Source of the DNA: Trueperaceae bacterium
GTDB taxonomy: Bacteria > Deinococcota > Deinococci > Deinococcales > Trueperaceae
Length of the DNA: 43,672 nt
Direction of reading: 5' to 3'
Assembly (NCBI GenBank): GCA_046484635.1
Contig: JAWOIL010000037.1
Coordinates: 1-43,672, forward strand
Positions 38,999-43,672 of the stretch are shown piece after piece. Position 1 is the stretch's first letter. Every line of letters begins with the position of its first letter. Position numbers and translations under genes: made by a program. The notes beneath the pieces were generated by a model, which worked only from the letters and a program-made list of their open reading frames with translations, was not told the origin of the DNA and searched no databases.

Positions 38999-41386
38999 TC
39001 ACGCTCCGACGTACGCCGCGAGGTGCTCGCCCGTGAGCGTGGAACGCGCCGCGACGAGCTTGGCCGGTGTGCCCTCGAAGACGATGCGGCCGCCGTCGTG
39101 ACCGGCGCCGGGGCCGAGGTCGATGAGCCAGTCGGCGTGCGCCATGACCGCCTGGTTGTGCTCGATCACGATGACCGACGTGCCGGTGTCCACGAGGCGG
39201 TCGAGGAGACCCAGAAGCTGCTCGACGTCGGCGAGGTGCAGGCCGACGGTGGGCTCGTCTAGGACGTAGATGCCGCCCTTCCCCGTCATCTGCGTGGCGA
39301 GCTTGAGCCGCTGCCGCTCGCCGCCCGATAGCGTCGTCAGCGGTTGCCCGAGGCTCAGGTACCCCAGGCCCACGTCGACCAGCCGCTGCAAGACCGTGTG
39401 CGCCGCCGGCACCTTGGCGTCCCCCGCGCCGAAGAACGCATCGGCCTCGGCGACCGGCATCGCCAGCACCTCGGCGATGTCCTTGCCTCCGAAGTGGTAC
39501 TCGAGCACCGCCGCCTGGAAGCGCTTCCCTTGGCACTCCTCGCACACGGTGGTGACGCCCGCCATCATCCCGAGATCGGTGTAGATCACGCCGGCACCGT
39601 TACACATGGGGCAGGCGCCTTCGGAGTTGGCGCTGAAGAGCGCGGGTTTCACATCGTTGGCCTTCGCGAACGCCTTGCGGATCGGGTCGAGCAGCCCCGT
39701 GTACGTCGCGGGGTTGCTCCGCCGGGAACCGCGGATGGCCGTCTGGTCGATGGCCACCACGCCCGAATCCGCGGGGATCGAGCCGTGCAGCAGCGAGCTC
39801 TTGCCGGAACCGGCGACGCCGGTGACGACGCACAGCACCCCGAGCGGGATGTCCACGTCGACCTGCTGGAGGTTGTTGGTGTCGGCACCCCTGATTTCCA
39901 GCGCACCCTTCGGATTGCGCAGCTTCTTCTTGAGCGTCGCCCGGTAATCGAGATGCTGCCCCGTGAGGGTGCCGCTGCGACGCAGGTCCTCGACGCTGCC
40001 TTCGAAGCACACGGTGCCGCCCGCCGTGCCGGCGCCAGGACCGAGGTCGACCACATGGTCGGCGATGGCGATCGTCTCCGGCTCGTGCTCCACGACCAGC
40101 ACCGTGTTGCCCTTGTCCCTCAGACGAAGGAGCAGGCCGTTCATGGCTTGGACGTCGTGCGGGTGCAGGCCGATGGTGGGCTCGTCGAACACGTAGGTGA
40201 CGTCGGTGAGCGCCGAACCCAGGTGGCGGACCAGTTTGGTGCGCTGCGCCTCGCCTCCCGACAAGGTGCCCGACGGCCGGTCGAGCGAGAGGTAGCCGAG
40301 GCCGATCTCCACGAACGAGTCGAGGCTATGCCTGAGCGTGGCCAGCAGCGGCGCCACCGACGGTTCGTCGATGCCCCGCACCCACGCTGCCAGGTCGCTG
40401 ACCTGCATGGCGCAGGCGTCTGCGATGTTGATCCCGGCGATCTTCGACGACCGGGCGGCTTCGCTGAGCCGGGTGCCGTCGCACTCGGGGCAGGTCTTGA
40501 ACACCACGGCCCGGTCCACGAACGCGCGGATGTGCGGCTGCATGGCCTCGCGGTCTTTCGAGAGCATGGACTTCTGGATCTTCGGGATGAGCCCCTCGTA
40601 CGTCAGGTTGATGCCTTCGACCTTGATCTTGGTCGGCTCCTTGTGCAGCAGGTCATGCAGTTCGCGCTTGGTGAACTTCTCGATGGGCTTGTCCGGGTCG
40701 AAGAAGCCGCAGCCGCGGAAGATGCGGCCGTACCAGCCGTCCATGCTGTAGCCGGGGACGGTGAGCGCGCCCTCGTTCAATGACTTGGTTTCGTCGTAGA
40801 GCTGCGTGAGGTCGAAGTCCGAGACCCTGCCGATGCCCTCGCAGCGCGGGCACATGCCGCCGGTTCGCGTGAAGGTCACGTGCTCGGCTTTGCCCGAGCC
40901 GCGCTCGACGGTGATCGAGCCGCTGGCCTTCACCGACGGGACGTTGAAGGAGTACGCCTGAGAAGAGCCGATGTGCGGTTCGCCGAGCCGGCTGAATAGG
41001 ATGCGAAGCAGCGCGTTGCCGTCGGTGGCGGTGCCGACGGTGGAGCGCACGTTGGCGCCGAGCGGTTCCTGGTCGACGATGATCGCCGTGGTCAGGCCCT
41101 CCAGCACGTCCACCTCGGGGCGAGCCAGCGTCGGCATGAAGCCCTGTACGAAGGCGCTGTACGTCTCGTTGATCATCCGCTGCGACTCGGCGGCGACGGT
41201 GTCGAACACCAGCGAACTCTTGCCCGAGCCGGATACGCCGGTGAACACGGTCAGCCGGCGCTTCGGGATCTCGACGTCGACGTCTTGGAGGTTGTTGACC
41301 CGCGCGCCTCGCACGCGGATGCGGTCGTGGCTGTCGGCGACGTGCCGAGTGGGCGGCTCGGAGGTGGTCGCCGTGACCTCGCTCAT
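38999..41386 (-). CDS. UvrA-like class II ABC ATPase (UvrA2/DrrC/Ecm16-type, lacks UvrB-binding domain)
   Basis: 795 aa. Two ABC modules ([10 protein letters not shown] and [10 protein letters not shown] Walker A, LSGGE signatures), four Cys4 zinc modules ([32 protein letters not shown]). About 150 aa shorter than canonical UvrA. Confidence 0.9.
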   Translation of the reverse strand: MSEVTATTSEPPTRHVADSHDRIRVRGARVNNLQDVDVEIPKRRLTVFTGVSGSGKSSLVFDTVAAESQRMINETYSAFVQGFMPTLARPEVDVLEGLTTAIIVDQEPLGANVRSTVGTATDGNALLRILFSRLGEPHIGSSQAYSFNVPSVKASGSITVERGSGKAEHVTFTRTGGMCPRCEGIGRVSDFDLTQLYDETKSLNEGALTVPGYSMDGWYGRIFRGCGFFDPDKPIEKFTKRELHDLLHKEPTKIKVEGINLTYEGLIPKIQKSMLSKDREAMQPHIRAFVDRAVVFKTCPECDGTRLSEAARSSKIAGINIADACAMQVSDLAAWVRGIDEPSVAPLLATLRHSLDSFVEIGLGYLSLDRPSGTLSGGEAQRTKLVRHLGSALTDVTYVFDEPTIGLHPHDVQAMNGLLLRLRDKGNTVLVVEHEPETIAIADHVVDLGPGAGTAGGTVCFEGSVEDLRRSGTLTGQHLDYRATLKKKLRNPKGALEIRGADTNNLQQVDVDIPLGVLCVVTGVAGSGKSSLLHGSIPADSGVVAIDQTAIRGSRRSNPATYTGLLDPIRKAFAKANDVKPALFSANSEGACPMCNGAGVIYTDLGMMAGVTTVCEECQGKRFQAAVLEYHFGGKDIAEVLAMPVAEADAFFGAGDAKVPAAHTVLQRLVDVGLGYLSLGQPLTTLSGGERQRLKLATQMTGKGGIYVLDEPTVGLHLADVEQLLGLLDRLVDTGTSVIVIEHNQAVMAHADWLIDLGPGAGHDGGRIVFEGTPAKLVAARSTLTGEHLAAYVGA

Positions 41387-41420
41387 CGTGCCTCGGTGCG
41401 ACCGGCGGCGGCCCGAACCA

Positions 41421-41951
41421 TCACCCCACCGCTTGCTTCAGAAGCACGGCGATGCGTTTCTCGACTTCGGGCGTGAGTTCCTTCAGCGCGAAGGAGGTCG
41501 GCCACATCGCGCCGTCGTCGAGCTTGGCCTTGTCGTTGAAGCCCAGGGTGGCGTACCGCGCCTTGAACTTCTTCGCGTCCTGGAAGAAGCAGACGACTTT
41601 GCCGTCCTTCTCGTATGCGGGCATGCCGTACCAGGTTCGCGGCGCGAGTTCCGGCGCGCTGGCCGTGACGATCGCGTGCAGGCGCTCGGCCAATGCGCGG
41701 TCGGGACCTTCCATCTCGGCGATCTTCGCGAGAACTTCGCTATCGCCGTCTGCCTTCTTCCCACCACGCCCGGAGGCAGCCTTCACCTCCCTGGCGCGTT
41801 CCTTCATCGCGGCACGTTCCTCGGCGGTGAAGCCGTTCGAGGACTTGCCTTTCGCGGACGACTTCGTCGCTAACTTCGTGGACGCCTTGGCGCTCGACGT
41901 CTTCGCACTCTTCGACTTCGTGCTGCTGCTAGTGGCGTTCTTTGTGGCCAT
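41421..41951 (-). CDS. DUF1801 (YdhG-like) domain protein with N-terminal Lys/Ser/Ala-rich tail
   Basis: Start MATKNATSS with AAGGAGGG Shine-Dalgarno. About 50-aa KSA-rich low-complexity tail, then a DUF1801-like core ([34 protein letters not shown]). Lies 34 bp upstream of the UvrA2 gene on the same strand. Confidence 0.55.
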   Translation of the reverse strand: MATKNATSSSTKSKSAKTSSAKASTKLATKSSAKGKSSNGFTAEERAAMKERAREVKAASGRGGKKADGDSEVLAKIAEMEGPDRALAERLHAIVTASAPELAPRTWYGMPAYEKDGKVVCFFQDAKKFKARYATLGFNDKAKLDDGAMWPTSFALKELTPEVEKRIAVLLKQAVG

Positions 41952-42046
41952 GATGCCCTCCTTGCTGGATTCGTTCGTGTTCCTCATCTGCTTCTCGGCT
42001 GGGTTCGCGACCTCTTGGTCGCTCGCTGCGCACTTGCCCGGACGCC

Positions 42047-42466
42047 TCAGCGCCGCTCCTGGATCCGGACCAGGTTGCCTGCCGGGTCGCGCACGGCGCA
42101 GTCGCGAACCCCGTACGGCTGCTCGGTGGGCTCCTGGACGACCTCGGTATCGCCTGCTTGCACCCGCTCGAACACCGTGTCCAGGTCAGGCGTGGCCAGT
42201 ACGAGGCTCGCGAACGTGCCCTTGGCCATCATCTCGGAGATGACGCGCTTCTCCTCCTCGGTGATGCCGGGGTCGGCGAACGGCGGGTGCAAGACGATGG
42301 ACGTATCGGGCTGACCGGCGGGCCCGACGGTGATCCAGCGCATCCCCTCGTAACCGACGTCGTTGCGGATCTCGAAGCCGAGAACGTCGCGGTAGAAGGC
42401 GAGAGCGGCGTCCGGGTCGTCGTGCGGCAGGAAACTGTGGTGGATGGTGATGTTCATGCCGGCCAT
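42047..42466 (-). CDS. VOC family protein (glyoxalase/bleomycin-resistance/dioxygenase fold)
   Basis: 139 aa ([16 protein letters not shown]..., [10 protein letters not shown]). Start is 1 nt after the AraC gene stop, suggesting translational coupling. Confidence 0.78.
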   Translation of the reverse strand: MAGMNITIHHSFLPHDDPDAALAFYRDVLGFEIRNDVGYEGMRWITVGPAGQPDTSIVLHPPFADPGITEEEKRVISEMMAKGTFASLVLATPDLDTVFERVQAGDTEVVQEPTEQPYGVRDCAVRDPAGNLVRIQERR

Positions 42467-42467
42467 T

Positions 42468-42923
42468 CTAGGGACGATCGGCGGCGATTGCTTCTCGATT
42501 CCTGACCGGTCGCGTCACGCGCTTCGCCACGCACGAAGGGATGCCCACGGTGGCGAGTGCCTCCTGGCGCCGGTAGACGTTGGGCGGAACACCGACCAGC
42601 TCGGTGAAACGGCTGCTGAAGGTGCCGAGCGAAGAGCACCCCACCGCGAAGCAAACCTCGGTGACGCTAATGTCGCCGCGTCGCAGTAACGCCATGGCGC
42701 GCTCGATGCGCCGGGTCATCAGGTAGGCGTATGGAGACTCGCCGTACGCGGCGCGGAACTGGCGGCTGAGGTACCCGGCCGACATGTTCACGCCACGCGC
42801 GAGCGCCTCGACGTCCAGGGGCCGGTCGTACTCCCGGTCGATTCGGTCGCGCACGCGGCGTAACCGCGCGAGCACGCGCAGGTGCTGCGCGTTGGCAGAC
42901 GTATCTGTCACTTGGGCGATCAT
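42468..42923 (-). CDS. AraC family transcriptional regulator (HTH_18), short form
   Basis: Start MIAQVTD. Two HTH motifs (LDVEALARGVNMSAGYLSRQFRAAYGESPYAYL and ISVTEVCFAVGCSSLGTFSSRF). Track ORF 42468..43019 extended upstream. Confidence 0.78.
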   Translation of the reverse strand: MIAQVTDTSANAQHLRVLARLRRVRDRIDREYDRPLDVEALARGVNMSAGYLSRQFRAAYGESPYAYLMTRRIERAMALLRRGDISVTEVCFAVGCSSLGTFSSRFTELVGVPPNVYRRQEALATVGIPSCVAKRVTRPVRNREAIAADRP

Positions 42924-43089
42924 GGCACGGCGCCACGGCCGGCTCAAGGAAGTGCAAACGTTTGCGTGCATGGCGTGGCGGTACCCGGCTTCGCGCGACG
43001 GCCGTCCGCGCACCGGCACGCCGCTTTCACGGGACCGCGGCGGACACGCTGTGTCCGATGGGGATGGGGCTTCCCGCCCGCCTGCTACG

Positions 43090-43672
43090 ATGCCGCCACG
43101 TGAAGCTCAGGACGCTCGGCGGCCTGGCGCTCGAGGGTTCCTCCTTGACGCGCCCCAAGCCGCTTCTGATGTTGGCGTACCTGACGTTGAACGGTGCGAC
43201 GACGCGTCGCGAGCTCGCCGACACCTTCTACCACGACGCCCTGGACGCTCGTGACAGCCTCTCCACCGGGCTTCGTCACCTGCGCAAGATCGATGCTGTC
43301 GTGCTCCGGGACGATGACCGCGTCGCCGCCACCGTGGCCTGCGACGCCACCATGCTTCTGAACGACTTCGACGCCTACCGTTACGAGGCCGTCCTCGAAG
43401 GGTACGGCGGTCCGTTCCTCGACGGACTCGACGTCGATCTCGGCCTCGAGCTCGAGGAGTGGCTGTTCTCGAACCGAGAGGCCATCGCGCGGCGCGTGCG
43501 ATCATCCGCCCTCCACCGGGCGAGGGCGGCGATGGCGGAGCAGCGGCTGGACGACGCACGTAGGCTTGCGTCGTACGCGGTGACGCTTCCGGGCGCGCCC
43601 GAGCTCGAGCCGGACGAACTGGCGAGCGCGTTGCCGGTGGTCGAGCGGCTCGAGTTGCCCGAGGCGGCGGGG
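43090..43672 (+). CDS. SARP/AfsR-type transcriptional regulator (winged-helix + BTAD), partial at window end
   Basis: Open frame from a GTG near 43090 to the window end, not in the supplied track because it has no stop. Translation VKLRTLGGLALEGSSLTRPKPLLMLAYLTLNGATTRRELADTF...LRHLRKI (OmpR-like wHTH) then ELEEWLFSNREAIARR...AEQRLDDARRLAS (BTAD). TACGAT hexamer 8 nt upstream. Confidence 0.6.

Overview
High-GC (about 70%) bacterial chromosomal window, gene-dense on both strands. Most long ORFs in the six-frame track are GC-driven artefacts antisense to real genes. Protein content and architecture (Taq-like Pol I, several wHTH+BTAD/SARP-type regulators, and many start codons lying 6-8 nt downstream of a TANNNT hexamer with no Shine-Dalgarno, i.e. 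apparently leaderless) point to a Deinococcus-Thermus or Actinobacteria (Rubrobacter-like) type genome. I cannot place it more precisely from sequence alone. Core content, left to right: PQQ sugar dehydrogenase; lipB-lipA; ppa and pdxT (minus strand); a DmpA/S58 peptidase; PBP1A; pdxS; a trpE-trpG-GT2-trpD operon with a glycosyltransferase embedded by overlapping stop/start codons; fabI; a REC-wHTH-BTAD regulator; a Cse60-like small protein; a CDP-alcohol phosphatidyltransferase-NUDIX-SDR operon; polA; glmM; a minus-strand cluster of BON-LysM protein, DsrE-like protein, MerA-like flavoprotein disulfide reductase and cytochrome P460; a decayed DUF3179 gene abutting a secreted M6-like zinc metalloprotease with four tandem 47-aa repeats; a secreted protein followed by an OmpR/sensor-kinase two-component system; a yqjD/elaB-yqjE-yqjK-like cluster plus an AI-2E transporter; a truncated and frameshifted BTAD-NB-ARC-TPR (STAND/AfsR-like) gene; an SPFH plus membrane J-domain pair; a class II UvrA paralog preceded by a DUF1801 gene with a lysine-rich tail; a VOC enzyme; an AraC regulator; and a partial SARP-like regulator at the window end. 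No rRNA, tRNA, CRISPR array, transposase or integrase was found. I see no single obviously new multi-gene system; the most unusual items are flagged as findings. Coordinates taken by eye (repeats, hairpins, motifs) may be off by 1-2 nt; CDS coordinates are anchored to the supplied ORF track.
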